From NCBI GenBank assembly GCA_963811105.1, contig CAWEPZ010000011.1:736001-800000 (forward strand): 64,000 nt of DNA. Reading direction: 5' to 3'. The stretch is from Candidatus Bathyarchaeota archaeon. Lineage in GTDB: Archaea > Thermoproteota > Bathyarchaeia > Bathyarchaeales > Bathycorpusculaceae. A model generated the notes under the pieces. That model had not been told where the DNA came from, did not search any database, and saw nothing but the letters and a program-made list of their open reading frames with translations. Both the position numbers and the translations under genes were made by a program. Below, piece after piece: positions 49,274-60,460 of this stretch. Positions within the stretch are counted from its first letter, which is position 1; every line of letters starts with the position of its first letter.

Positions 49274-49958
49274 TTAGGCTTACCTTAATGCCAATCGAAA
49301 AGGAGCCGCGCGTTAATATTTTTTGTGCCATAATCAAGAAATTGCCCAAGTGCCGAAATCCAGGAACACCGATTTGGGCTTCAATCCCAACGGATACACT
49401 TATTGATTCGCTTAACGCATTACCCGAATTTATTGAAAAGCAAAACACAGAAAAAGAAGAGAAATGTCTAACGAGTTAGAAAATAATACCTACACGACCG
49501 TAACTATTTTTAACTATTGTCGAGGTAGAATTCGAACCCCAGATGAATAGCAAAAGTGATTGACATACCTGCTTATTCCGAAATTTAGTTAAGGGCGCTC
49601 TGGATACTAAAAGCAAAATTAATACAATATACAAAAAAAGAAAAGTGAAAGGTGTGCGGAAGATAAGAGACCGTCTATAAATCTACAAATCTTGGCTTAA
49701 AACACAAATGTGTAAGACTTCTTTCCGAAAGTGGAAATTCAATTGAAAATTATTCTGAGTTCGGTCTCCTTCCAAAAATAAAAGGTATCTATTACCTGAA
49801 CAATATTAAATGGGGTTTGCTGAAGCTTCATTAACTTAAGGAGAAAAGAACTTGAAAAACCCAACTACAATAGTTTCCAAGAACATGAAGCCTTCTCAGC
49901 CCCTTTCTTCTACCCTAAAAACAAAAAAAGGAAAGATTGGGTTTTATGCGTTTTCATT

Positions 49959-52655
49959 TTATGGTCGTTTTCTTAGTATGAGGACTGTAGCGATGGCAAC
50001 TGCTAGTATTATGGCTATTCCCACGGCGACTATGTAAGTCATTAGGTCCGATGTAGTTGCCAGGTTTGATGGTGCAGAGGTTGTTGTGGGTGTCGTAGTT
50101 GTTGGTGCATTAACAGCAGTAGCGTATGTTGTTGCAAATGAACTTCCGTATGAATCGTCGCCAGCGAAAGTAGCAAATATCTTGTAGTCACCTGCAATGG
50201 TTGGAGTCCAAGTGTATCCATAGGTGCCTGTTGTTCCATCAGTTGTGACTGCTGAAATGTGCACAAAGTTGCCGTTTGGATCAACTGCGTCAAGAGAGAC
50301 CGGTACGCCGGCTATTGTTTCGTTGTGCCATATTCCATCGATTGGTTGCTGCATGTGCAAATATTGCATCCATGTTGTCATTGAGCTAGCTGAAACGCAT
50401 GCTGTTCCGGGTTGTGCTGGAGATTGATCAAGAACTGTTCCTGTCAATATTACGCTTTGTCCTGTTTGTGCTGCTATTTGTGGTGCTGAGAGTGTTGTTG
50501 AACTTTCGCCTTTACCGAAGACATACATTTTTCCATCGTATCCGTTGCCTGCTACTAGATATCCGTCAGAGACTTCACCTGGGCTGCCTGAGAATTCTAT
50601 TCTCCAGACACGTTCTCCGTTAGTAATGTTGAGGGCCATTAAGCCCCATCCTCTGGTAATTGGATAGGTTGGTGTGTGTTCAGTGTTGTAAGTGTAGAGT
50701 TTGCCGTCCGCAGCAAAGCCGCCGCCATTGAATGAGTAGCATTGAGATCCGTTAACATCTGTGTATGGAGTTTCGAATGGAACTGCTTGGTCAACATAGT
50801 GCCAGACAATGTTTCCGTTAGTCCAGTTGAAAGCGTAGATACCATCATATGAACAACGATAGAACATGCCATAAGCAGATATGTATTGGTAGCCGCCGAA
50901 ACTGTCTGAACCCCATGGATAATCCATCAGTTGAGTCTTCCAGACTAAGTCGCCGTTTCTTTCGCTGAAACCAGCGTAGTATCCGCCTTCCATCAAGCAA
51001 ATAGCTATTCCATGATCTGCACCGAAGCAAGCTGTGCTGTATCTCGTCATGTCTGTATATGTGCGGTTCCATAGTAATGATCCTGTAGTCATGTCAACTG
51101 CCATCATCCATGTTCCGTGATAAACGCCGACACCTAATGGTGCGAGACCCGCCATCCAAATCATAATGTTGGTTTCTGGGTCGATAACAAATGTGTTGTA
51201 ACCTAAGATACCGCCTGGATAGGTTGGTACGGCAAATGGCAAGCTTACGTTACCCATGATTCTTTGTGTGAAGTTGGTTGTAGTTCCAGCTGTAGTCCAG
51301 TTAATCAAATAGTATTTAGATACGCCTGCTGTTGTGATTGTTTGGACACTTAGTACATATGGGTCTTTATAGAAACCAGTGTATGCGTTGCTGCCTTGGA
51401 TACCGCCCATTAGTTGTGGAGACAAGGCTTTGTAGCCTGTAGATGACATGTTGAAGGTAACTGCCCCTGTCCATGGATTGATCTTGTAGAAGCTGCCGTC
51501 GCCGGCAATGGATATGAGTGACACCGAATAAGTGCCGCTTGCTTCAGCGCCAACTTCACCTGCGACTGCTGCACCTGAGGTTCCTGGTGGTACATATGAT
51601 ATTATGTTCGGTGTAATTCCGCCTAAAGCGCCAGGTGTACTTGAGGTTGTGGGTATTGCATAGTACTGTTTGCCAGTTTGTAGATCCCAGCATACTGCAC
51701 AGCTAGTTGGAACACCGTTGATTGGTACAGTCATGGTTTGGTAGCATCGTCCGTTGTAGATCACGCTTGGTGTACCTGCGCCTCCACCGAGACTGTAGGA
51801 TCCTGCTGATCCACCGATTATGCCGGCATCACTCATTTGTTGCTTGTATTCGACATGACATGTGTTTGGTCCTTGGACGTATGGGACGAAGTTTGAGTGA
51901 GTTATGTATGTGTTAGTGTCTGCTGGCCAACTTGAACCGCCGCCTACAATTCCGTAGGGTGGGTAGTTACCGAGGATTGACCACCATTCTCTGTTCATGA
52001 CATTTGCTGGGCGTGTCCAGTAGCCTGTTGGTAGTGCTGCTATTGGCCAAGAGCTAACCAAGTTGCTTTGAACTGTTAGGTTTTGCCAATTTGTGGAAGC
52101 TGGCTTATAGTATGCTGTGTCAAGATAGTATGCTGCACTTGAGCTTCCGGCGGGAACAAGCCTTCCGATAAGGTATGTTCCGTTCGGCCAGTATTCACCG
52201 GTGAATCTGAATTTGAATTGGTAGGTTCCAGTTTGGTCGGGTGTTAATTGGAACCATGCGGTTGCGTCGGCTGGGTATGAGTCCATTGGGCCAACAGTTT
52301 CTGTAGTTCCGTCGGGTCTTATGATGTCTACGTAGTAGCCTGATTGGAATCTATTTGGGCTAATTGGCGGTGTTGTCCACATGTTTACGAGTGCTGTTTG
52401 GCCGATGCCTATTGGGCTTGGGCTTACGCTTAGGAAAGCGGCAGTGTCCATTGTAACGCTTGGATTTGCGCCTGATGATAAGTCACCGACGACACCGGAG
52501 GTTGCTCCCTGCATAGGGCTACCAGGGATAACGTCGGCAGCAGAGGCTTTAGCGGTGAATGCGGCTGACATAAGCAAAGCAGAAGTCATCATTAGAACGA
52601 TAGCGATTAAAGCAAAAGATTTTCGTCTAAAATTTACTTTTATTAAGTTTTCCAT
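49959..52655 (-). CDS. PQQ-like beta-propeller surface protein, paralog 3
   Basis: Family motifs; signal peptide; C-terminal TM. Confidence 0.88.
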   Translation of the reverse strand: MENLIKVNFRRKSFALIAIVLMMTSALLMSAAFTAKASAADVIPGSPMQGATSGVVGDLSSGANPSVTMDTAAFLSVSPSPIGIGQTALVNMWTTPPISPNRFQSGYYVDIIRPDGTTETVGPMDSYPADATAWFQLTPDQTGTYQFKFRFTGEYWPNGTYLIGRLVPAGSSSAAYYLDTAYYKPASTNWQNLTVQSNLVSSWPIAALPTGYWTRPANVMNREWWSILGNYPPYGIVGGGSSWPADTNTYITHSNFVPYVQGPNTCHVEYKQQMSDAGIIGGSAGSYSLGGGAGTPSVIYNGRCYQTMTVPINGVPTSCAVCWDLQTGKQYYAIPTTSSTPGALGGITPNIISYVPPGTSGAAVAGEVGAEASGTYSVSLISIAGDGSFYKINPWTGAVTFNMSSTGYKALSPQLMGGIQGSNAYTGFYKDPYVLSVQTITTAGVSKYYLINWTTAGTTTNFTQRIMGNVSLPFAVPTYPGGILGYNTFVIDPETNIMIWMAGLAPLGVGVYHGTWMMAVDMTTGSLLWNRTYTDMTRYSTACFGADHGIAICLMEGGYYAGFSERNGDLVWKTQLMDYPWGSDSFGGYQYISAYGMFYRCSYDGIYAFNWTNGNIVWHYVDQAVPFETPYTDVNGSQCYSFNGGGFAADGKLYTYNTEHTPTYPITRGWGLMALNITNGERVWRIEFSGSPGEVSDGYLVAGNGYDGKMYVFGKGESSTTLSAPQIAAQTGQSVILTGTVLDQSPAQPGTACVSASSMTTWMQYLHMQQPIDGIWHNETIAGVPVSLDAVDPNGNFVHISAVTTDGTTGTYGYTWTPTIAGDYKIFATFAGDDSYGSSFATTYATAVNAPTTTTPTTTSAPSNLATTSDLMTYIVAVGIAIILAVAIATVLILRKRP

Positions 52656-52973
52656 TTTTATTTTTCATCCTTTTAATTTTAGAACGTAAATCTTATGCAT
52701 ACTGTCCCTTTTAAAAATCACTCACCTATAGTGAGTACAAGCAAAAGTAAAATGGAATGAAAACGTGTTGTTGATGCCCTTTCATAATCTAAATTGCAGA
52801 AGTTAGAAGAAACAGGTTAACGACATAAAGGATTTGGTAAGGGACCAAAATTAATTCGATTTAGATTATGGAAATTAGAGTGCACTGGATAATCACTCTG
52901 AGAGAGTAAATCAAATATACATAAACTGTAGCAATAGTACGCTAAGTAGGAGGCATCGCTAATTTCAGAACAA

Positions 52974-53648
52974 ATGTTCCTAATTGCGGAAGAAACTTTT
53001 TCATCAGCAATGTGCCTCGTTCTTGTATGGTTTCTAATTAAGCCATATAGAGTCACTAGAGAAGTTCGACATTTGGGTCTTCCGATTGGGTTTGGCTTCC
53101 TCTGTGTTTCCTATGCTGTTTCAGCTTTTACTCATTTGTATCCTCTTGCAACTTTTTCGAGTCTTCCTTTAGCTTGGTTCCAACTTCTCTTGAGACCATT
53201 TTCCATTCTATTCCTTGCATTTACTTATTATTTTTCAAAGAAATCTTCAAAAAACTCTAGACTAATGGGGGATGTAACCCTTAGTGCAATTATCGTTGCT
53301 CTAACATCCATGGTTATTTTCTTTTTTGTCGCCCCACAATTCGCGATTGATAATTATCGAGTCTTAAGCATTTATGTCAGGATCTTTAACATAGTGTGCC
53401 TGCTCTACATTACTATCCATACACTTAGAAGCCATTTAGCCGCTCAAGATTCAAAAACAATATTGACTCCGTTTGGATACCTATTTCTCTTAATAGGTCA
53501 ATACTCCTTGTTGATCTGGGACACGGGAGATGTCTCCAACGAGTTCCCATTTTATGGAGGCTTACTACTTCGTTGGATAGGATTGGTTCTTTTTCTGCTA
53601 ATTGCTTACAGAACCTTTTATGGGGCGAATAAAAGGAGTACTAAATGA
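52974..53648 (+). CDS. 7-TM membrane protein (putative sensor)
   Basis: About seven hydrophobic segments; ATGA overlap with the next gene. Confidence 0.75.
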   Translation: MFLIAEETFSSAMCLVLVWFLIKPYRVTREVRHLGLPIGFGFLCVSYAVSAFTHLYPLATFSSLPLAWFQLLLRPFSILFLAFTYYFSKKSSKNSRLMGDVTLSAIIVALTSMVIFFFVAPQFAIDNYRVLSIYVRIFNIVCLLYITIHTLRSHLAAQDSKTILTPFGYLFLLIGQYSLLIWDTGDVSNEFPFYGGLLLRWIGLVLFLLIAYRTFYGANKRSTK

Positions 53649-53926
53649 AGAAAAAAGCCAGACGAGACAAAATGAAAATTTACGGCGATCTCTTAGATAC
53701 TCTTAAGTCTGAAAAAAATAATATAGACAAGATAGTTCTAACACACATTCAAACTAAAATGAATGTTCCCTTCGATCGTTTAAAAAATTACATTTCGGAT
53801 CTAGAAAGCCTCGATTTAATCGAAGACCAACTCAATTACAACCTTACTCCAAAAGGTAAACAATATCTTGATGAGTACAAGAAAATCCTTGATTTTATGG
53901 AACGTATGGGCATAGCCGACCGATAG
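53645..53926 (+). CDS. winged-helix transcription regulator (archaeal HTH_45-like)
   Basis: RRDKMKIYGDLL...THIQ...YNLTPKGKQYL. Confidence 0.85.
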   Translation: MKKKARRDKMKIYGDLLDTLKSEKNNIDKIVLTHIQTKMNVPFDRLKNYISDLESLDLIEDQLNYNLTPKGKQYLDEYKKILDFMERMGIADR

Positions 53927-54409
53927 AAACAATCAATTAGTCTTATTTTGAAAGGCAGGTCTCCAATGCATAGATAGTTAAAGCGCACGCCAGAATGTCT
54001 CACCAAGCTATTTTTAAGACTTTTCTGAAAAGTCTTGTGTATATGGTTTCCAAAAAATATGCTAATTTTTTTCACTCGGTAATATAGAGCCATCAAAATG
54101 TTCTCGGCATAAGATAGTTCGATTCTTTTGAAATCAGCGTTAATTTATAAATAGTGGCAAAAAATCAATGATTTTACAGCAATAGCTTGAATATTTTTAC
54201 AACAAATGATTTTTTTCGATAGTTTAAATAGGTAACTCCAGAAATAAGGGCACCTGAAGAGAGTTAAAATGAGCGAAGGAAAAAATGTATCTAAAACGTT
54301 CGCTTTAAATTCAGACCTTCTCCAATTAAGAAATGAGATTATTGGCATGAACGATTGCCTCGTATCAATTACTCAGCGCTGACGCTCTATCTTTGTAGGA
54401 AGTGCTGGT

Positions 54410-54643
54410 ATGGAACAAGAAATGGCGCAGTACTTTGATAAGAAGGTAAGACCCCGGGCCCTTATTTTAATGGCCAATCAGAAAGACCTCGAAAAGATAA
54501 AGGACTTTATTAAGACACTTAGCGAGGCTAAACTTGTTTATGTGACAACTGCGCCTTGTTCAACAGCTTTGAGAGTTATAAAAGAGCCTATTGACAAACA
54601 GCCCTTTGAACAACCGCTCTTTACTCTTGAAACAGGCTCGTAA
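54410..54643 (+). CDS. hypothetical small protein
   Basis: 77-aa ORF with plausible composition. Confidence 0.6.
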   Translation: MEQEMAQYFDKKVRPRALILMANQKDLEKIKDFIKTLSEAKLVYVTTAPCSTALRVIKEPIDKQPFEQPLFTLETGS

Positions 54644-54980
54644 CGTCAAATAGTCGCTGATAAATTGCAGTCACAAGAGCCTATATCCGAATAATATTTT
54701 CTATCAAATTACTAGAATATGCCTGTGAAGGGTTTGCGACATACCTCTGTATAACATTCTATTGTTCTGATGTAAACGTATTATGACTTAGCAGCAAAAT
54801 GCCAACAATTCGATGGAATGATATTCGTTTCAATTTAAATTTCAAGTATTCAGTCGGTTGCGGGGTAAATTGTTGTGATGGTGTTGAGCTATCTGAAGCT
54901 GATAGCTACTGTGCAAACGCTTCTTAAAAAGATCTACCCAGATTGATTGTTAATATAAAGAAAAGAGAGAAGGAATTAGT

Positions 54981-57566
54981 TTATGCCCTTTTCCTAAGCA
55001 ATAGAATAGCTACGACTGCCATAGCGATAATTATTGCTAGCGTTGCACCTATCAGAGCAGGGTAGAACTCATTTGCGGCTAACCCCTGGCTTATTACTGG
55101 TGCTGGTGTGGTTGTGGTTGAAATAGCTTGGGCTACTGTTGCGTATGCGGTTGCGAATGAGCTTCCGTATGAGTCATCTCCGATGAAGGTTGCAGTAATT
55201 TGGTACTTTCCAGGTATGGTGGGTATCCACTCGTATGCGTATGTGCCGCTGTAGCCTTCGCTTGTAACAGTTGCAATGTGTACGCTGTTGCCATTAGGAT
55301 CTAATGCGTCTAGTGACACGGGTACGCCAGTTAGAGTTTCATTACCCCAAAGACCGCCGATCTGCTGCTGCAAATGTATGTGTTCCATTTGAAGTTCCAT
55401 AGAGTTTGCTGAAACGCATGGCGCGCCTACCTGAGCCGGGGATTGATCTAAGATAGTTCCTGATATGATTGCACTCTGACTTACAGTAATTTGTGTTTGC
55501 GGCACTGAAACAGTAGTTGCGCTCAAACCTTTGCCAAAGACATACAAGTTTCCGTCCCACGGGTTAGGAGCAACAAGATAACCATCAGCGATAGCGCCTT
55601 GAACCATTGGATTGTCTATTTTCCATATGCCTTCGCCTGTAGTGATGTTGATGCAATGAAGAGACCATCCTCTTGTTAATGGCCATGTTGGTGTGTGCTC
55701 GGTGTTGTATACATACATTTTTCCATCAGCGATCTCTGCTCCTCCGTTGAATGAGTAGACCCCAGTTCCGTTGTTTATGTACGGCGTTTCAAAGCTCGCA
55801 AGGGTTGGTGCTTGATAGTGCCATACTATTTTTCCATTAGTCCAGTTAAAGGCATAGACGCCATCATATGCTTGTCTAAAGAGCATGCCATAAGCTGATT
55901 GTATTGCGTAAGCTCCGAAGCTGTTTGATGCCCATGGATAATCCATAGTTTCGCTCTTCCATGCTAGTTGTCCTGTAGATAGGTCGTATGCGTAGAAGTG
56001 TCCTCTTTGTCCTAGAAATGCAACTCTTCCATGATCAGCAAGACAACAACTTGAGCTGAAAGTTGTATCATCAGTAATTACTACTTTCCATGGTAGAAGT
56101 TGTCCAGTTGTTAATGATGCAGCAGTTACATTTATGTTCCAATAGATATTTGACCCATTTTGCATGGTTCGAGTAATGAATGCAGCTATTCCGGCGTTGA
56201 AGTCTGCAACGCACATACCGACTCCTGCAGAATATGTATTAGTCGGCAATTGACTCCAAGGCCAAGTTATATTACTCACGATTCTTGAAGCTATGCTAGT
56301 GCTTGTTCCTCTTGTAGTCCAATTTATCAATCTGTATTGTGGGTTTGCAGTATTGCCAAGGGTTTGCAAACTTAAGACGTAGCCACCAAGTTGATTGACT
56401 AATGTACCCCCCGATAGCGGTGAAATCGAATAGTTACTTATTGCCCCCGTATTAGCGTTGATTTTTAAAAGAGACGAGCCGCTTATTGATAAGAGATCAA
56501 TACTCCAGGTGGCAGATCCCAGTTCGTTTCCAGCGATTGTTGTCCCTGAGGATACTGGATTGTTATATACGATATTTGTTGGTGTTACACCACCAGGAAT
56601 TTCATAGTATATATGTCCAGTCCGCAAATCGTAGCATTGCGCAGCGCTTATTCCATTTGGTAGAGTAACTGTCTGATAACATCTTCCTGAATAGGCGACA
56701 CTGGGACTTCCTGGACTAGCGGTGATTCCATATTGTGTGGCAGGTCCGCCGATTAAGCCAGCTATTGAATCTTGTCTTTTCCATACTATGTGTGCGGTGT
56801 TTGGTGCTTGAACCCATGGTATGAAATTGTAGACGCCAGGACTGTCATAAGGGTTGGTGTTGGGGTATAGCGTATTCCAGTTTGGATAGCCGTCTCCTTG
56901 GTAGCCACTACCAGGATAGTTTCCTAGAATTGGCCACCATTCTCTATTATTAAGTGAGGCGGGTCTTGTCCAATAATCGTTTGGCAGCGGAGCTACCGGC
57001 CACGAAGCAACCAAGTCTTGCCGTACCGTTAGATTCTGAACTTGAGTAGAACTGGGCGAATAGTAAGCTGAGCCATAAAGATTGCTACCCGTTACGGAGG
57101 ATGCATAAACTTTTCCATCCAAGTAGTAGCCTGCTGGGAAATATGTACCCACAAATTCGAATTTGAATTGCCATGTCCCAAGTTGATCTGGCACGAGCTC
57201 AAACCAAATTGCAGCAGTAGCAGGTTCTGATGATATAGTCCTCTTATCTATAGTTCCATCTGGCTTTGTGATTGTGACTATGAATCCTTGCGGGATCAGT
57301 CGGTTGTTTGAAGATACTCCTGGCGTAATCCACAAGTTAACGAGTAATGCCTGGCCTATTCCAATGGGGTTCGGTTCAAAGCTTAAACTAGCAACAGTAG
57401 GAACTGTCGCTTCAACGGTTACGCCTGCTGGTAATGGTCCACTAACAGGTTGCTGTGTAGCAAGTTGCGCCTTAGCTGTGTCAAGTGGTAGTATCGGTAG
57501 AACGAATGTCGAAAGCATAAGAATCAATGCAATTACCAAAATTTTTTTTGTATTAAATAAATGCAT
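54981..57566 (-). CDS. PQQ-like beta-propeller surface protein, paralog 4
   Basis: Family motifs; signal peptide; C-terminal TM. Confidence 0.88.
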   Translation of the reverse strand: MHLFNTKKILVIALILMLSTFVLPILPLDTAKAQLATQQPVSGPLPAGVTVEATVPTVASLSFEPNPIGIGQALLVNLWITPGVSSNNRLIPQGFIVTITKPDGTIDKRTISSEPATAAIWFELVPDQLGTWQFKFEFVGTYFPAGYYLDGKVYASSVTGSNLYGSAYYSPSSTQVQNLTVRQDLVASWPVAPLPNDYWTRPASLNNREWWPILGNYPGSGYQGDGYPNWNTLYPNTNPYDSPGVYNFIPWVQAPNTAHIVWKRQDSIAGLIGGPATQYGITASPGSPSVAYSGRCYQTVTLPNGISAAQCYDLRTGHIYYEIPGGVTPTNIVYNNPVSSGTTIAGNELGSATWSIDLLSISGSSLLKINANTGAISNYSISPLSGGTLVNQLGGYVLSLQTLGNTANPQYRLINWTTRGTSTSIASRIVSNITWPWSQLPTNTYSAGVGMCVADFNAGIAAFITRTMQNGSNIYWNINVTAASLTTGQLLPWKVVITDDTTFSSSCCLADHGRVAFLGQRGHFYAYDLSTGQLAWKSETMDYPWASNSFGAYAIQSAYGMLFRQAYDGVYAFNWTNGKIVWHYQAPTLASFETPYINNGTGVYSFNGGAEIADGKMYVYNTEHTPTWPLTRGWSLHCINITTGEGIWKIDNPMVQGAIADGYLVAPNPWDGNLYVFGKGLSATTVSVPQTQITVSQSAIISGTILDQSPAQVGAPCVSANSMELQMEHIHLQQQIGGLWGNETLTGVPVSLDALDPNGNSVHIATVTSEGYSGTYAYEWIPTIPGKYQITATFIGDDSYGSSFATAYATVAQAISTTTTPAPVISQGLAANEFYPALIGATLAIIIAMAVVAILLLRKRA

Positions 57567-57571
57567 ATTTT

Positions 57572-57692
57572 TTTCTCCTATTTTTTGTGTTTCAGAAGTC
57601 TTTTCTAATTTGTTTTTAAAACTTGCTATAATGACAAATCTAATTAAAAAAAAACTCGTTTTATTTCATCTAAAGTTGAGATTTTATACAAA
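57572..57692 (-). promoter_or_regulatory. duplicated promoter/5'UTR, copy A
   Basis: 114/121 ungapped identity to 60461-60581; contains a TTTTAAAA TATA-like box and a GGAGA RBS. Confidence 0.85.
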
Positions 57693-57770
57693 ATAACGGG
57701 ACAAGGCAGCGCGCTTGCTATTGCTAAAAGCAAAAAAAGTGGAAAGAGAGTGATTGATTGCTTCCTTGTT

Positions 57771-60455
57771 TTATGGTCGTTTTCTGAGTATTAGTACTGT
57801 AGCTATGGCTATTGCAATGATTATAGCGATTACTCCAACCACTATGTATGTCATCAGGTCTGATGTGGTTGCTGAGGCTGAAAGTGACACAGTTGGTGTT
57901 GCTGTTGCTGAAGTTGTTGGTGCATTGACTGCAGTAGCGTATGTTGTTGCAAATGAGCTGCCGTATGAATCGTCTCCAGCGAAGGTTGCAGAGATCTTGT
58001 AATCGCCTGCAATTATTGGAGTCCATGTGTAAGCGAATGTGCCGCTTGTTCCGTCAGATGTGACTGAGGCTATGTGTACTGTGTTTCCGTTGGGGTCAAC
58101 TGCGTCTAAAGATAGGGGAACTCCCGTTATTGTTTCATTGTGCCACAGGCCATCAATCGGCATTTGACAATGCAGATACTCCATGTACGTTGTCATCGAA
58201 CCCTTGGAGACACATGGCATTCCGGGCTGAGCTGGAGACTGGTCAAGAACTGTACCTGAGATGATAACGCTCTGTCCCTTCGTTATAGCAATTTGTGGTG
58301 CTGAAACTGTAGTTGAACTCTCTCCTTTGCCGTAAACGTACATATTGCCGTCGTTGCCCGAAACCGTTAGGTAGCCATCGTCTATGGCGCCTATGGAGCC
58401 GTCCATCTTTGCGGTCCAGATTTTTTCGCCGGTGGTGATGTTTATGCAATGTAATCCCCAACCTCTAGTAATTGGTTGAGTGGGAGTGTGTTCAGTGTTG
58501 TATGTGTATAGTTTTCCGTCTGCAGCCCAACCGCCGGAATTGAACGAATACACAGTAATGTTATTTGCGTCGTGGTATGGAGTTTCAAACTGGCTGAAAG
58601 CTGACGCCTCGTACCTCCACACTATTTTGCCGTTGGTCCAGTTGAAGGCATAGATTCCGCTGTAGGCAAACCTGAAGAACATGCCATAGGCCGAAACTGT
58701 GCTGTATGCTCCAAAACCAGTGCAATCCCATGGATAGTCCATCACTTCGCTCTTCCAAAGTAGCGCACCAGTGTGCTCGTCAAAGCACATGAAATATCCC
58801 GACCCGGTGCCCGATGCGTCATCTCGCATTAACACAGCAATTTTTCCATGATCAGCTACGCATGCGCCTGAGCTGTAGACTGACTCCGTTAGGTTAATGT
58901 CCCACAGGGTTGCGCCTGTTGTTTGACTGTAAGATGCGATACGAGTACCATACCTGATACCCGTTGCGTTGTCGTAGCTGACAAGTGCGTAAGGAAAGCC
59001 ATAGTTAGCGAAATTCCATACGCCAGGTTCTCTCACTAGAAATGAAATGCCCGCACTATAGTCTTGAATGTTTCCCCAATAGAATGTGGTAGAGAAGAGC
59101 TCAGAACGTGGCCAGGTTACGTTATTCATTATTCTTGTAGAGAAGTCAGTGCTTGTTCCGAGGGTAGTCCAGTTGATTAAACGGTATATACCCGCTGTCG
59201 GAGTCCCTGATGCTCCTGGTCCGCCTGTGTTGCTTAGCATTTGTTCGCTCAATACATATCCGTTCATGTAGTAAGTGTTTGAAGTAAAGGACGGTATGGA
59301 AACGTTGAGGCTAACTGCACCGGTGGTTGGATTTAGTTTAATCAATTGGTTATTAGCAATTGCGACGAGAGAGGTTGTGATACTTTCGGAAGCTGTGGCT
59401 CCCTCTACAGAAGGTGCTCCTTGACCGTATTCAATGTATGGGGGTGTTGGAACGCCTGTTCGTTCCCAAAATGTTTGTCCGGTTCGTATGTCGTAGCATT
59501 CCAGTACACTTTGGGTCACACCATCAAAAGGTTCGGTGATGCTTTGGTAAGCCTTGCCATCGAATACTACGCTCGGGGTGCCGCTTCCACTTTGCATGCT
59601 GTAAGTTCCCTGATCTCCTCCGAGAAGACCTGAAAGTGTTATTTGTCGTATCCAGACTACGTGTGCTGTGTTTGGTCCTTGAACCCATGGGATGAAATGT
59701 CGTTGGCTTGTCCAAGTTGTGCTCGTGTCCGGATATAGTTTATCCCATGTCGAGCTTTCTACTGATGGACCAAACCATGGGTAGCTTCCTGCAATTGTCC
59801 ACCATTCTCGGTTTTCCACCTGTATCGGTTGTGTCCAATAGTCTGTGGGTAAGGGAGAATTCGGCCATGGGACCACTGGATTTTGTTGCACTGTCAGTGT
59901 TTGAACTTGCGAACTCGCAGGGTTGTAGTAGCAGGTTCTCGTGTAGCTTTCCGTCCAGCCTGGTTGAGCTGTGTCTAGAGCAGTGGTGTAGTTTCCTGTT
60001 GGGAAATACTGTCCGGGCATGGAAAATTGAAATTTCCAAGTGCCAATTTGGTCTACTGTGTATTCGAACCATGCTGTCGAGTCGGCATGATAAGAGTCCA
60101 TTACTTTTGTGTCTACGGTTCCGTCGGGTTTTGTTATTGTAACTTTGTAATCCGTAAAGTAACGTGTGTATGAAGGCCCAGGCACTACCCAAAGATTAAC
60201 TAAGATCGTTTGACCAACGCCAATGGGGTTTGGTCTGACGCTTATGTAAGCTCCCTCAACAAATTGAAAATCGGGTGTTACTCCAGCCGGCAGTCTTATT
60301 CCACCGCCACTCTGTATGTTAGTGAGTTGGTTTGGTGTGTAGTATCCAGTCGCCGGAAATGCTTGCACAGACGTTGCCGTCAACGTAATAGAAGCCATCA
60401 ATAGAACTAAAACGATTATCGAAGTCAATTTTGCTTTATTTCTCAATGAACGCAT
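57771..60455 (-). CDS. PQQ-like beta-propeller surface protein, paralog 5
   Basis: Family motifs; signal peptide; C-terminal TM. Confidence 0.88.
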   Translation of the reverse strand: MRSLRNKAKLTSIIVLVLLMASITLTATSVQAFPATGYYTPNQLTNIQSGGGIRLPAGVTPDFQFVEGAYISVRPNPIGVGQTILVNLWVVPGPSYTRYFTDYKVTITKPDGTVDTKVMDSYHADSTAWFEYTVDQIGTWKFQFSMPGQYFPTGNYTTALDTAQPGWTESYTRTCYYNPASSQVQTLTVQQNPVVPWPNSPLPTDYWTQPIQVENREWWTIAGSYPWFGPSVESSTWDKLYPDTSTTWTSQRHFIPWVQGPNTAHVVWIRQITLSGLLGGDQGTYSMQSGSGTPSVVFDGKAYQSITEPFDGVTQSVLECYDIRTGQTFWERTGVPTPPYIEYGQGAPSVEGATASESITTSLVAIANNQLIKLNPTTGAVSLNVSIPSFTSNTYYMNGYVLSEQMLSNTGGPGASGTPTAGIYRLINWTTLGTSTDFSTRIMNNVTWPRSELFSTTFYWGNIQDYSAGISFLVREPGVWNFANYGFPYALVSYDNATGIRYGTRIASYSQTTGATLWDINLTESVYSSGACVADHGKIAVLMRDDASGTGSGYFMCFDEHTGALLWKSEVMDYPWDCTGFGAYSTVSAYGMFFRFAYSGIYAFNWTNGKIVWRYEASAFSQFETPYHDANNITVYSFNSGGWAADGKLYTYNTEHTPTQPITRGWGLHCINITTGEKIWTAKMDGSIGAIDDGYLTVSGNDGNMYVYGKGESSTTVSAPQIAITKGQSVIISGTVLDQSPAQPGMPCVSKGSMTTYMEYLHCQMPIDGLWHNETITGVPLSLDAVDPNGNTVHIASVTSDGTSGTFAYTWTPIIAGDYKISATFAGDDSYGSSFATTYATAVNAPTTSATATPTVSLSASATTSDLMTYIVVGVIAIIIAIAIATVLILRKRP

Positions 60456-60460
60456 TTTAC

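Noticed and set aside
49518-49542. Minus-strand GGGGTTCGAATTC as a tRNA end or another repeat copy
   Set aside because: The stem pairs poorly and the GGGT..CTCCA arm is absent.
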